DNA of 64,000 nucleotides from Thermoplasmata archaeon (GTDB lineage: Archaea > Thermoplasmatota > Thermoplasmata > RBG-16-68-12 > JAFNFQ01). Below, piece after piece: positions 47,401 through 58,400 of this stretch (its first letter is position 1; the number at the start of each line of letters is the position of its first letter). Location of the stretch: assembly GCA_041489255.1 (NCBI GenBank), contig JBGPQV010000014.1, forward strand, positions 1 through 64,000, in the 5' to 3' direction. Below the pieces are notes generated by a model. It ran no database searches. It was not told where the DNA came from and saw nothing but the letters and a program-made list of their open reading frames with translations. Made by a program: the position numbers and the translations under genes.

Positions 47401-48090
47401 CGCGTTTTCGAACACATAGACCTTGCCGTCCCCGCCGCCAAGAACGATGTCGGGGAGGTTGTCCCCGTTGAGGTCCCCGATGGCGGGATGGGCGAAGCCA
47501 CCTACCGGTTGCACACCGGGGGGGAAGAAGGTGTCGTCCTTCACATAGACGGCGTTGATGTAGGAGTCGAATCCCTCGGTGTAATGGATGGCGGGATCGA
47601 TGTTCTCATAGAGGGTGAGCTTCCCTGATGAATCAGCCAGAACCAAGTCGACTGCGCCGTCTCCGTTCATGTCCGCGAATGCGGGGACAGAGAAGTCATC
47701 AGTCGCGGTCGGGTCGATTAGGAGCTGGGAAAGGCGGGCGAACATCCTCGTCAGATTGTCCTTTATCCAATTTGGAGAGCGGTCTATGGCCGAGATGGCC
47801 ACTGGGGGTAGACCCGCGGTTTCGTCGGGGAGCCGCATCGCCTTGAGCGTCTCCGTCTCCTTGTCGAAGTAGAGGTAAAACGACTTGCCCGGCGGGACCC
47901 GCACCTGGAGGCTCATGTTCTGGATCGGCACGAGCCCCTGCGGGCTCCCGCCCGCGTCTGCCCCACTCCAGGACAGTGGCGAGTCGACAATGGCGGTCCG
48001 TCCGGCCGGTGAGACAAGAACGCTCGCTCCCTGGACAGCCATGAACGCGATCACAACCGCGAGAACACACGCGCATCGCCTTGCGGCCAT
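44446..48090 (-). CDS. large secreted protein: FG-GAP/VCBS repeats, transglutaminase-like domain and shared C-terminal domain
   Basis: Signal peptide; DMNGDG/DLNGDN/DLDRDG repeats; GNCGE...DHCWGEFY...WHQID triad; GWNLVGYPS tail. Confidence 0.88.
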   Translation of the reverse strand: MAARRCACVLAVVIAFMAVQGASVLVSPAGRTAIVDSPLSWSGADAGGSPQGLVPIQNMSLQVRVPPGKSFYLYFDKETETLKAMRLPDETAGLPPVAISAIDRSPNWIKDNLTRMFARLSQLLIDPTATDDFSVPAFADMNGDGAVDLVLADSSGKLTLYENIDPAIHYTEGFDSYINAVYVKDDTFFPPGVQPVGGFAHPAIGDLNGDNLPDIVLGGGDGKVYVFENAGPVGNPAWTAKGAVPLINVVANSAPALGDLDRDGDLDMIVGSASGMMYKSINNGPNPRYVSDGDPATVTNPVWAPMVTVDLSIPSFSTPTLADTNGDGFLEMVVGEGGGMMSHYHVVGTSWVKDTSMLSGFTAAARSAPALVDMDADTLPDLVTGCTAGPLRFYANVGTGAAAKFMLWQNYTMNFDQVNFNQYYWDANHVYLTYRSATQRLIDYSRIINTAPQKMVDEIAFSIANANAASLLNPAAFPEVYLNNTDSLYYNSQFTSYAQIMDYGLGTPDQWSTVRYLMNDSGNMVWYEFPRDIYYWWLVSLKGTDEMATFINPTMAYDGHQGARNQSNGGVFWRWAAFNLASPSWPADVGARGYPKEEPPPVLNTKIVNATVLWNNQTYSLGQIYNATGWFVRDAGGNITQPWNATNQAVEIVDHWVASTVALNAQAGGDANRPRQPVRIQWEHNGNCGEISDVLWAGLRSALIPARGICGYGGDHCWGEFYERGWHQIDEYWDSSARIIANNDNYHYGWNRDWSGLMTMRGDGLAVDAVSNYHKTWDASDDTGFTPENEGLIDRANVTVVVVDAFGNPLDGVKVGLGDYRFLSPTWQSFGTQWTFTDAEGKAYLTTSEARQNNNPSNPSASDTFDDGIAIFVISKMGTASLGDNYADRAMPSYGDVYNPRNAPMNYYNFSLGGRLPRPMLPMSEVPPSPGGIYTLNVSFSVEWAAQHPAVGARWNEGLAYHELELNTGKRVTSFFAGETEFRKFMQWRQFEASDASRNVTGADLSLGIPPGQDWYYVISNPGTLETTQVVKVSATLLKPPPEQRTFTVTPAMVGKHLMSIPLRPVDTDIGSVLGGILGSVGYVRWFDSSDAVSPWKSYAPGRTQNSLLQLDETMGFWIEFTGPCTWTVTGFPANSTSIMLRSGWNLVGYPSSSATYTVGGLRADVGLPGVKVESFDDKSPPYDLWVLPDNYALKTNEGYWVYVPQDCIWLVSW

Positions 48091-48216
48091 TGCTTAATCC
48101 TCCGAACCGATGTTGACAACCCCGAATCTATTCCGGCTTTGCCAGCCTCAGAGTGGGGTTCGGCATATTTAGCTGTTGCCGCCATACTCGCGGCATCGCA
48201 AGGGTGCGGCTCCGGG

Positions 48217-48990
48217 TCAACTCACAGTGAGTCGTGCACCGCCCTCGGAGGTCTCGTGGCGGGCGGCTATCCTGTAAACGCCTTTGCCGACCTCTGCGGG
48301 AACCTTCAACTTCAGTTCGAAGAATCCGTGCTCATCGGTGCGAGAGCTCCCCGCCACCAGCTTGACACCAGCACCAGATTCCAGAGACACGATGACATCT
48401 CTCCCCGCCCTCTCCAGACACGTGAGTTCTCCATCGATGGCGATGTCGGAGCCGGGCTTGCACACCCTCGGTGTCACCGCGACTCCAACGCCATGCGCCC
48501 GCTCGATGCGGGGACCGAGTTGATGCGCTCCGTGCCGGTACACAATCGGTCTCTTCGCCGGGTCGATCGCGAGCTCAACCACTTCGCCGACGAACGCCGT
48601 GTGATCGCCCATCGAAACCTGCTGGACCAGCTTGCATTCAAGGTTCACGGGACAGCCTTTGATCATCGGAGCATCGATCTTCTTGGCGGGATAGGTCTCG
48701 AAGAGCGCGCTCGACAACTTGTCGGTCTCGTGATGCGTGAAGTGCCCCGCGAAGCCCATTGCCGCCACTTGGTCTTCGCCGACCAGGCTGACCCCGAACT
48801 CGCCTTTCTCCACGATGGCGTCATGGGTTGCATCTTTGGGCGATAGATGAACGGATATCAGGAAAGGATTGCGGGAGACAGTGAACGTCCACTCTGCCGC
48901 CATGACATTGGGCCCTCTCTTTCCGCTAGTGGTGACGAAAGCCACGGTGGTCGTGAATGCCCCGGCCGCTTCTCTTCGCGGGTCTATCAT
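48217..48990 (-). CDS. flavin reductase family protein with C-terminal Ig-like domain
   Basis: PNVMAAEW, NLECKL, GDHTAFVGEV; tail RTDEHGFFEL. Confidence 0.88.
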   Translation of the reverse strand: MIDPRREAAGAFTTTVAFVTTSGKRGPNVMAAEWTFTVSRNPFLISVHLSPKDATHDAIVEKGEFGVSLVGEDQVAAMGFAGHFTHHETDKLSSALFETYPAKKIDAPMIKGCPVNLECKLVQQVSMGDHTAFVGEVVELAIDPAKRPIVYRHGAHQLGPRIERAHGVGVAVTPRVCKPGSDIAIDGELTCLERAGRDVIVSLESGAGVKLVAGSSRTDEHGFFELKLKVPAEVGKGVYRIAARHETSEGGARLTVS

Positions 48991-49038
48991 GATGGCGGGA
49001 ATCGCTTCAAGGATGTAAAAGGATGGTCGATGCCCCTA

Positions 49039-50295
49039 TTACCTCAGCGCTCCGGTCTCCATCCACCTCTTTGTCGGCTTGAAGTCCGGGTGGGCCGCCA
49101 GGGTCGCAAGGCGGTCGAGACACTTCCCCGCCAGCTGCAAATCACCGGAAAGCGCCGCCAGCCGCGTGAGCCAAACCACGTTGTCCACTATCGCCCTGCG
49201 GTCGTTGAGCGGCAAGGCGACACTCAAAGCCCGCCTGAAGCACACCTCCGCGGCCTTCGAGTCACCGGTCGCCTGGAGTATCTCGCCTTTCGAGGTCAAA
49301 GCCCTGGACTTTGTCAGGTCGTTCTTCAGCTCCGCCGCCATGTCGAGGGCTCGCTCGGCAAACGCCATTGCCTCCTTGCTCTCGCTCATCTTGTTGAGCT
49401 GGCTGGCTAGGGTGAGACAAGCGATCGCAATCCATTCCCTCTCCCCCGCCCTTTCGAACAGCCCCAGGGCCGCCCTGAATTCTTCGATCGCTTCGGTCGT
49501 CCTCCCGTCATAAGCCAGGCTGAACCCTAGGTTATGCTTGGCCACGCCCTCGCCCAAGAGATCTCCGTGGCGTGCATATTCCCTCGCCGCGGGGCGAAGC
49601 AGCCTCGCCGCCTCAGCTGTCCTGAACAAGCTGATGTAGCAGACCGCGCGGACGATCGCGCAATCAGTCGCGATCAAGGACCCCTTCTCCCTCCTCTGCA
49701 ACTCCTCCGCTTGAGAAAGCAGGCGCAGCGCCCCCTTGAAGTCTGATCTGCAGTAATCTATCGCGGCGAGACGCGTCACAATCCAAGCTCGCTTTACAGC
49801 CCCGCCGCCGGAGGAAAGCGCGCGCTTGTAGATGCGTTCGGCACTGTCATAGAGCCCCTGCCGTTCCGCCTGCCACGCAGCGTTCAATGAGGAATCGCTC
49901 CACCGGCGCCCGTAGGTGGGGTCCTTCCCTGCCTTCTTCCTCTGCAGCTTCTCCGGGGAGAGTGCCTTCACTCTCCCCTCGCCTTCCCTGGTCAGGACGT
50001 AGACCGCTGTCCCTTTCCTCAGGTGATACCGGCCCTCTCCCTCCAGTCCCGATTCTGCAATCCTACGCGTCACAAGACCTGCGGGAATCAGCTTGCCTGC
50101 CATCAGCCGACCGACGTATTGCTGGGTGCATCTCGCGTAGAGAGCGATGCTGGTGAGAGTGCATTCGAACTCGCAATCGGCTTTCGACATCGCGCTTCGC
50201 TTGACGCTCAGAAGATGTCGCAGAACACTCGTCTCGACGTCGTCCACTCTCACACCGGCGGGGATATGTCTTTCAAGTTCATGAAACCGACCCAT
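49039..50295 (-). CDS. winged-helix plus TPR protein (putative regulator)
   Basis: N-terminal HTH/wing (VYVLTREGE) followed by multiple TPR units. Confidence 0.75.
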   Translation of the reverse strand: MGRFHELERHIPAGVRVDDVETSVLRHLLSVKRSAMSKADCEFECTLTSIALYARCTQQYVGRLMAGKLIPAGLVTRRIAESGLEGEGRYHLRKGTAVYVLTREGEGRVKALSPEKLQRKKAGKDPTYGRRWSDSSLNAAWQAERQGLYDSAERIYKRALSSGGGAVKRAWIVTRLAAIDYCRSDFKGALRLLSQAEELQRREKGSLIATDCAIVRAVCYISLFRTAEAARLLRPAAREYARHGDLLGEGVAKHNLGFSLAYDGRTTEAIEEFRAALGLFERAGEREWIAIACLTLASQLNKMSESKEAMAFAERALDMAAELKNDLTKSRALTSKGEILQATGDSKAAEVCFRRALSVALPLNDRRAIVDNVVWLTRLAALSGDLQLAGKCLDRLATLAAHPDFKPTKRWMETGALR

Positions 50296-50430
50296 GGATA
50301 TACCTAGACCGGGAATGCTCCGCTGGCGTGGCCAGGCTGCAACGCAACCTCAAGCACACGCGATCGACGGACGGCCTGTGTGGAGCTGGATGCTCCCGCC
50401 GTCCTCGACCGTTTTCTATTCTCCAAGAGC

Positions 50431-51309
50431 TCAGGCTCTCGACGGGCGGACCGACTTCTCGAACAAGACCGCCTCCTTCCCCCAGTCCACGATCTTGTAC
50501 CCCTTCCGCCTCGCCGTCCGCAGAGATCTGGAGCCCACGGCGAAATATGTGTGGACTTCCCTCTTTCCCTTGATCCTCGCAAAAAGCTCGGCCTCGTCGA
50601 GCATCAAGCCGATGTCCCCCGCCAACCCTGTGAACTCGAGCGGCGCCTTCCACCTGTCCCCCCACACATTGTCGTCTATGTAGCAGACGTTGTCGCCGAG
50701 CCTTGCTATCTTCTTGGCGGCGACAGCCTCCGAAATCACCTTGAGATTGACCTTGACGAACTCTGTCCCCATCGATGCATATCCGGATGATTCTCGCAGG
50801 AGTTCCGAGCCTCTCGCGAGTTTCAACGCATCCTCGGGTCTCCTCTCGACAATGAGATGCGACTCCCCCGTTCGCCGCCCGACCCGCTTCATCAGGCGCC
50901 TGAATACGGCGACCTCCCTGAATCCGTTCGACTTGACCGTGATCTGCGCCGGGTTGTTCGTCCTCAAACTCCACAGCCTGACGTGCCTTGCGCCCTGAGC
51001 CGCGGCATGCCGGCTGCACGCCCGGATAATAGCCGTCGCGACCCCGTGGCGCCTGTAGTCCGGATCCGTCCTCGCTTGCCCCAGCCATCCGTCCCCGCCC
51101 AGACATCGCGTGTAATTGACAATCCCCACCGCCCGCCCCTGGTCGAACGCTACGAAGAGGCTGCCGTCCCTTATGAACTCGTCAAGGAACATCGGGACAT
51201 AATCGCGCCTCACCGCCCGCTTGCATAGGCTCAGGATCTCGCGCTTGTCGGCACGCGTCGCGACTCTGACCTCGAAGCGAGCCTTGTTCATCGGGAGTCC
51301 TCGGATCAT
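50431..51309 (-). CDS. GNAT family N-acetyltransferase
   Basis: WLGQARTDPDYRRHGVA, NNPA....NGF. Confidence 0.88.
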   Translation of the reverse strand: MIRGLPMNKARFEVRVATRADKREILSLCKRAVRRDYVPMFLDEFIRDGSLFVAFDQGRAVGIVNYTRCLGGDGWLGQARTDPDYRRHGVATAIIRACSRHAAAQGARHVRLWSLRTNNPAQITVKSNGFREVAVFRRLMKRVGRRTGESHLIVERRPEDALKLARGSELLRESSGYASMGTEFVKVNLKVISEAVAAKKIARLGDNVCYIDDNVWGDRWKAPLEFTGLAGDIGLMLDEAELFARIKGKREVHTYFAVGSRSLRTARRKGYKIVDWGKEAVLFEKSVRPSRA

Positions 51310-51369
51310 CAGCCCGCGATATGGCTTTCGCTCTGTCCTGACACGATGTTCCCGGACCGCGGAGTGCGC

Positions 51370-54105
51370 CTATCCTACGACATGCCAAATCGCTGCCGAG
51401 GGGACGTATATCCAGTATCCCTCTCCGTCCTTCAGCACGTAGGTGTCGGGCAGAACCCAGAGGTTGTACGGCGGGCTGTTCGGGTCGAAGCCCTCGACGA
51501 CGATGTTTGGCAGCGCGATGCTGGCCTTCATTTGCGCGACTGTAAAGCCTATTGCCAAAGACGGGTAGCCGACCATATTCCATCCGTCCTCCAGCAATAT
51601 GGGTGTGCTTCCCCCCCTCGCGCCGACCAAGTTCAGGACCGCGGGGCTCGTTATCTCGATCCAGAAGCCCGTCTCCGGCCTCAGGTGAGTCAGTGTGTTG
51701 TACGCCCTTCCCGGCTCATAGGATTTCCATGGGCTCGCGGGGTCGCTCCTCTGATACTGCCTGACGTAGCTGTACCTTGTCGCTATGGAGGCCAGGACGA
51801 CCTCGATCCTATAATCCGAGAGGAGTATCGGTATCGACACCAACCGCTTGCCTATGGGCAGGTTGAGCTGCCAGTTCTCCAGCGCGGGTATCATGAAGTC
51901 GGCTCTGCTGTTGCCGGATTGCGGCGAACCGCCGAGCCTGCTTGTCGAATTGAAGAACGCCCAGTTCTTGACGACTGTCCCAGGCGGCCCCGCCAAGACT
52001 GTCGCGTCGATGTGCCATATCACATTGGAGAGAGGAGGCACTATGCCGGTCCAGACCGCCGTGGTGTTGCCCGCAAAGTAGGCGGACACCCCGGTCAGAC
52101 CTCCGTCATCGCTCACGTAGGTGACCCCCGCCGGCAGCGCGTCGGTGACCGTCGCATATCCTGCGAGCGGGCCGGCGTTCGTCAGGGTGATCGTGTAGGT
52201 GATGACCTCGCCTGCCTGTGGGATCGGGTTGCTTATAATCTTCGTCATCGAGACATCCGGATAGCCTATCGTGCACGGGGCGCCGCTTACCGCGACTCCA
52301 TCAGGCGTCATCGGGTCGCCGTCCCTGACGACGATCTGTATGCCGCAGTCGTTCGTGTTGATCGACGGGACAGACCACCAGTAGACTCCGTCGCTCGGCT
52401 CGCTAGACGTCAAAAGCTGCCACGAAGGGGTCGACAGGGTCGATGTGAAGGAGATGTCGACTGCATTGACTGGAATCTCCACGTCGATCGCCGACCACTT
52501 GATAGCGACGTTGTCGCCTGGGCTGTATTCCTCCCCGCCGTTGGGCGTGATGAGAGTCACCCTGGGCCCTCCGGCCCCGTCGAGCCAGTCCAGCACGTTG
52601 CCTACCATTGTTGCTCTGCGAGTGTCCGTCCCCTGGAAGTAATTCTGGCCAGACGTGACGACCCTTGAGTTGGCATCGTGCGTCGCACGGACTCCGGCGC
52701 TGATCAGGCCGGGATAGTTCAGCATGGTCACGCTGGTTGCGGTGGGGTCCACGTTGTCGGGAGATGTGCCAACGAACGCCAGGTTGGTGGCGGTCCATGC
52801 GCCGGTTATCGGGTCAGCCGCCACACCGTTCATGAAGGTCGCGGCGGTGGAGGAAGGGCCAAGTGCCGCATGCAAATATCCGTCCAGGAACGTCGGATTG
52901 TTCGTCGAGAGGTCCGTGGCGACGTTCTCGCCGTGGATGTACAGGTTGCCATACCCGTCAAGGTAACCACTCAGGTCCGCCACGTTGCTTGGGGTGAGTA
53001 TCGACATCGCGGAGCCCGCGGACCATATGACCGCACCGTATTCCTCCATCTTCAGGAGGTTCGGGGAATTGCGGACATCGTTCGTCCCCGTATCCATCAT
53101 GTCGAGGGTGTTCCAGACGTCGAAGGGTCTGGCTGCCTGGGACAGGGCGGCCTCCATGTACTCGCCGCGTATTGATGGGGTGTCCATATTCGTGACGTCG
53201 TCATCCCTGACGTACAATGTGCTCGGGTTGACGAAATGGTACCTCGCAGACTGGATTACCGGGCTGTTGTAGCAGGTGCGCGTGGTGAAGCAAGTGTAGG
53301 ATCGTCTCGCGTCGTCCTGCACAAACCCGACCACGCCCATCCGGTTCTTGTCCCATGAAGGATTCGGGGTGAAGTCGTGGCTGAAAGTGAGCGTCTGGCC
53401 CGGGGTGATAGTGAATGGTGTCTCGACCAGTTGCCTGACAACGTACTTGTGGACCGGTGGGCCGTTGACTTGGAGCGAATCATAGAGGGTGTCCTCGTAG
53501 AGCGCAAAACGCATCATCAGAGCTGTCTCTGTCACGGGATCTGTCGCCGTCACCGATGCCGTGACCGATGCTGTCGTAGGCGTGAGGTCTCCCGAGAGGG
53601 TAATCTGCATGTTGGTATACTTTGCGGGCAATAACTCTCCCTGGACCTTGGTTTTAAAGGCGTCATAATCCTGTGAGGACATGCCCGGCGGATTTGGACT
53701 GCCATAGGAACCGACGATGAAGAGGTTGAGGCCAGTGGTGTATCCACCGCCGTCTATCACTGTTGTCGGGAAACCGTAGAACGGCTGCTGGTAGAATGCC
53801 CGCCGCGACACGTCCAGTGTGGAATCTGTCATCGTGTCGGCGTTGTGGTACGCGAGCATCAGGAGTTTGTCAGGACCGAATTCGTCCAGCATCCTGCTGA
53901 TTGCGGGCTTTATCACCCCGCACCACGTGCACCACGTCCCCGTGAACATCTCTATGAGGACGGTCCTCTGGCTGGTGCCCGCCATCGGCTTCGGTTCGAC
54001 CGACTCGCTCTTCACGACACTCTTACTCACGCTCGCGGCTGCCGCAGAGCCCAAGAACATACAAGCTAACACTATTGCCCACAGTTGTAAACCGGAGGTT
54101 CTCAT
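51370..54105 (-). CDS. large secreted protein: Omp28-like thioredoxin (CxxC) domain, Ig-like and DUF11 domains, shared C-terminal domain
   Basis: VLIEMFTGTWCTWC, GFPTTVIDG, PNGGE, GEVITYTITLTNAGP..TDALPAG; GWNMVGYPS tail. Confidence 0.88.
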   Translation of the reverse strand: MRTSGLQLWAIVLACMFLGSAAAASVSKSVVKSESVEPKPMAGTSQRTVLIEMFTGTWCTWCGVIKPAISRMLDEFGPDKLLMLAYHNADTMTDSTLDVSRRAFYQQPFYGFPTTVIDGGGYTTGLNLFIVGSYGSPNPPGMSSQDYDAFKTKVQGELLPAKYTNMQITLSGDLTPTTASVTASVTATDPVTETALMMRFALYEDTLYDSLQVNGPPVHKYVVRQLVETPFTITPGQTLTFSHDFTPNPSWDKNRMGVVGFVQDDARRSYTCFTTRTCYNSPVIQSARYHFVNPSTLYVRDDDVTNMDTPSIRGEYMEAALSQAARPFDVWNTLDMMDTGTNDVRNSPNLLKMEEYGAVIWSAGSAMSILTPSNVADLSGYLDGYGNLYIHGENVATDLSTNNPTFLDGYLHAALGPSSTAATFMNGVAADPITGAWTATNLAFVGTSPDNVDPTATSVTMLNYPGLISAGVRATHDANSRVVTSGQNYFQGTDTRRATMVGNVLDWLDGAGGPRVTLITPNGGEEYSPGDNVAIKWSAIDVEIPVNAVDISFTSTLSTPSWQLLTSSEPSDGVYWWSVPSINTNDCGIQIVVRDGDPMTPDGVAVSGAPCTIGYPDVSMTKIISNPIPQAGEVITYTITLTNAGPLAGYATVTDALPAGVTYVSDDGGLTGVSAYFAGNTTAVWTGIVPPLSNVIWHIDATVLAGPPGTVVKNWAFFNSTSRLGGSPQSGNSRADFMIPALENWQLNLPIGKRLVSIPILLSDYRIEVVLASIATRYSYVRQYQRSDPASPWKSYEPGRAYNTLTHLRPETGFWIEITSPAVLNLVGARGGSTPILLEDGWNMVGYPSLAIGFTVAQMKASIALPNIVVEGFDPNSPPYNLWVLPDTYVLKDGEGYWIYVPSAAIWHVVG

Positions 54106-54317
54106 GTTGCCTCCTCCATTACTGGCCTGTGATTATCCCCCGACTATTTCATACTTTCGAGCGGGTCGTCGTTGTTTCGAATAACCTTCGAGTGTGAGAA
54201 GGCAATCCAACGAGATGACATGATGAAGCGGATTTCTATAGGGCAAAGGCCATCGAGATTCAGCAGAAGGAAAATGGGCGATGTGTCACAAGACTATTCC
54301 GGTCACTCCAGAGACTC

Positions 54318-55184
54318 ATGGAAGAGCCAAAGATATTTCGTACCCTGCCGCCATCACTGCGCATGCAGCAATCTTACGGGGGTACGCCCATGGCACCTCC
54401 GCCAGCACCGGCACAGTTCCCGCCGCCGGCGCCGGCACAGGTGCCTCCGGTGGAACCACCCAGGAAGGCAGGATCGGGCAAGGCGCTCAGCGGCATCGCC
54501 ATGGCACTCGGCGCGGCAGCGATTGCGATTGCGCTGATTGGAATGGTCATGTTCCCAGGACCGGCGGGAGCGGCAGGGACTAAGGGAGACAAGGGAGACA
54601 CTGGGGACACCGGAGCTCCGGGAACGAACGGCGCAAACGGTGCCAACGGTGCTAACGGACTCGACTGCTGGGATTTGAATGGCAATGGGGTCGGCGACCT
54701 CGCAACGGAGGACCTGAACGGGGATCTGGTCGTGGATGTCAGAGATTGCACGGGACTGCCAGGTCCGGGTTCAATCATGACCTTCGTCACGGAGGGCAAT
54801 GAGCTCACGATAAACGCCTACCCCACATGCACGAACTACATGAGTGTCACGATCAACGTTCCGTCGGACGGGCAGGTCGTAGTGAGCTCGACCGTGTGGC
54901 TGCGCATCAGTCACACCACCGGGACCGACGATGTCGTCCTGGTCGTGATTGGAGACGCGGTGGACGACTGCCAGTACTTCGACGGGCAATGGCGGTGGCA
55001 GGAGACTGTGGACGGTTCGATAGGAACCGAAACAGCACTCTACCTGACCGCAGGTCCGCAGCGTGTCTTCCCGGTCACGGCAGGCAGCAACACCTTCTAT
55101 GTGAACGGAGTGATGTTCGAGGGTCGGGACGCCAACGACTACTTCTGGCGAGGAAATGCAGTGGCGGTCTTTTATCCGTCGTGA
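54318..55184 (+). CDS. membrane-anchored collagen-like protein
   Basis: Pro-rich N-terminus, TM, ~12 Gly-X-Y triplets, CWDLNGNG..EDLNGD..DC motif, beta-rich head. Confidence 0.85.
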   Translation: MEEPKIFRTLPPSLRMQQSYGGTPMAPPPAPAQFPPPAPAQVPPVEPPRKAGSGKALSGIAMALGAAAIAIALIGMVMFPGPAGAAGTKGDKGDTGDTGAPGTNGANGANGANGLDCWDLNGNGVGDLATEDLNGDLVVDVRDCTGLPGPGSIMTFVTEGNELTINAYPTCTNYMSVTINVPSDGQVVVSSTVWLRISHTTGTDDVVLVVIGDAVDDCQYFDGQWRWQETVDGSIGTETALYLTAGPQRVFPVTAGSNTFYVNGVMFEGRDANDYFWRGNAVAVFYPS

Positions 55185-55479
55185 AGATAGACCGACGAAC
55201 TCGCAAGCGGCGTTGCCATAATCTATCCAAGCGCATACCCTGCCCGCGCGCCCCCCGCCATAGGGCTCCGCGACCATGCATGGCCCAATGCTGAAACGTC
55301 TCAGCGCTCCCAGGGTGAGCCCTCCCGGATGTCAGCATTCCTTGAGAAAAAGACCACATGGACGGTAGGAACAGCTAAATAGACGTTCATCAAGTAGTCC
55401 GCCATCTTGGAAAGGAGGGTCAACCATTAACGCTCCAGCTACCAGGGATGAATGTAGATGTTGCTGCAAACTGATTGCG

Positions 55480-58400
55480 GTGCTCGTGGCGGCGTCATTG
55501 ACATTGACAGCGATCCTCTCAATGCCGAGCCTCATACAAGGAGAGCATAAAATCAAAGGGGTCACATCTGCATTTCTGCAGACGTCAAAGGAGCAAGTCT
55601 TGGACCATGCGGAGTCTCAAGAGGGATACTTCACCGAGAACCGCGGTCAGGTAGCAGACGGAATCCGGTTCTACCTAAAGGGGAAACCCGCGGTGGCATT
55701 TAGGGATGATGGGGTCATGTTTGTGGCCCGAGAGGTATCGTCGAAGAAGCCGACATACGACGTTTCCATTGGAGGAATCGCTGAATCTGCGGTCGAGAGA
55801 CGCCACGCCTATCTGCTTCGTTTTGAAGGTGCGAATGCTGTAGAACCGCTTGGAATCGGCCGACTTCCGTTCAACAGTAACTTCTTCATTGGAAAGGACT
55901 CGAGCACTTGGCGGTCTGATGTTCCCAACTACAAGGAAATCATCTATCGGGATTTGTACGATGACATCGACCTGGTATATCGAGTCACTCAGGATGGGTT
56001 GAAGTACGACTATGTTGTGTCGCCCGGAGCGGATCCCAACGTAATCGAGATGTCGTATGAAGGAATCGATGCGCTCACTTGGGCCGGAGGCTACACGGTT
56101 ATTAATACATCAGTCGGTGAGATTCGCGACTCCCCTCCAACGTGCTATCAGGAGGACCACGTTGTCTCCTGCGCCCTCGAAGTCAGATCAGCGAGTTCGT
56201 TTGGCTTCAGTTTCGAGGTGTATGACCGCTCCCGACTGCTGATAATCGACCCCCTGGTATACTCAACGTTTCTGGGCGGCAGCGGTTCTGATGGTGCATG
56301 GCTTCCCGGTCCCGCCGTAGCGGTCGACGACGATGGCAGCGCCTATGTGGCGGGAATCACGGATTCGCAGGATTTCCCCACGACACCAGGAGCTTACGAC
56401 GTGAATATCGGCACCTCCATCGACGGTTTCGTTGTCAAGATGGACCCGATGGGGAGTACCCTCGTCTTCTCGACATTCATCGGTGGCCAGGGCAGCGGTG
56501 GAATCGACGCCATCGCATTGGATACCGCGAAGAACGTGTATGTGACGGGCACGACCACGCTAGCCAACTTCTCCACAACGCCCGGAGCCTACGATACCTC
56601 TTACAACGGGAACGCCGATGTTTTCGTCACGAAACTCAGCAGCATGGGGAACTCTCTAATCTATTCCACATTCGTCGGCGGCAGCAGCTACGAGAGGGGC
56701 AACTCCATAGCCGTCGACTCCTCTGGATGCTCATACGTAACTGGCGATACGGTGTCCGATGACTTTCCAACGACTCCTGGCTCGTACGACCGCGTCTGGG
56801 ACGGCCAGATTGGAATCTTCGCCTACTGGGACTCATTCGTCTTCAAACTCAATCCTGGCGGAAACGCGCTCCAATACAGCACGTTCCTTGGCGGCACGAA
56901 CAATGACTACGGGAATGGGATAACCCTCGATGCCGGAAACGATGCGTTCGTAACTGGGGCGACATCCTCCGCAGACTTCCCCACCACGGTCGGCGCGTTT
57001 AGCAGGACATTCGGCGGCGGGGAGTTCGATACATATGTGACTAAGCTCAATCCGTCGGGTAGCAACCTCATCTACTCCACATTCATCGGTGGCGAAAGCC
57101 GTGACGTCGGAAACTCAATCGACGTCGACTCTTCCGACAACGCATGGCTGACAGGCTATACTTGGTCCACTCTTTTCCCAGTCACACCCGGTGCGTTTGA
57201 CACCCAAGGGAATCTCAGTGATGCCTTCGTCGTCAAGGTAGACTCTTCCGGGAACAGCTTGCGCTATTCCACTTATCTCGGTGGGAGCGGCATCGGTCTG
57301 TACGAAGATGATGGCCTCTCAATCGTGGTAGACGGTTCTGACGGGGCGCTCGTGTCCGGAACGACAAGCTCCTTCGACTTCCCTGTAACGCCAGACGCAT
57401 TTCAAGCCACGTATCAGGGCGGCGGCAGCGACGCATTCGTGACCAGATTCAACGAGAGCGGCTCTTTGACATTCAGTACATTCGTGGGAGGCAGCGGGCT
57501 GAACTGGGATAGCGGAAGCTCTATTGCTGCGGACAGGTTCGGTTCCTTCTACCTGACAGGCTACACCGACTCCGCTGATTTTCCGACGACCCTGGGGGCG
57601 TATGACAGGACGCTCAGCACGGCAGATGTTTTTGTGTTCAGGTTCGCTTTCGCGCTGACGAACCCGCCTCCCGTGGCCTCCGGGCTCGGTGTTCAGGGAT
57701 ACAGTTCCCCGCCAGAGATTCTTCACATTACGGACTCTCAGCCCCTGCTGAACTGGACATACGATGATGAGGACGATGAGCCTCAGGACTGGTACGAGGT
57801 GAAAGTCGGAACATCGAGAGGGGCATCGAACTTGTGGAGCCTTGTCTTGCAGCCCGGAACGGAGACCTCGGTTAGGTACGACGGCCTTCCGTTGTCCCGA
57901 GGCGAATATTACTGGTTCTCGGTCAGGGTAAACGACCAGCTGAACAACACTACCAGCTGGAGCTACTGGGCGAATGCGATGTTCCACATGAACAGCATAC
58001 CCACTCCCCCGCAAACGCCTGTTTCTCCCTCGGAGTTCTCTGTCGTCCCCGCCACAAAGAGCCAAAACGTTTCATGGGGCAACAGCACCGATCCAGAGGG
58101 AGACCTGGTCACATACGAATGGGAGGTCGCGAGGGATGTGGGTTTCACGGACTTGGCATCCTCAGGTACGACCAAGGAGAACAAGTCATCTGACTTCGCA
58201 ACGGGTCCGGGCACTGCCTACTATTGGCGGGTGAGGTCGAGGGACGACTACGAGCCGACCAGCTGGTCCGCGTTTGGGAACGCACCTGCGGGCATGTGGG
58301 CCTTCCTCACAGAAAATGATGACCTCCCGACAATAGAGGTCTATGCGCCCCCGAGGCTCAAGCAGGGCGACACATACACCCTCACCTGGTCGATGGACGA

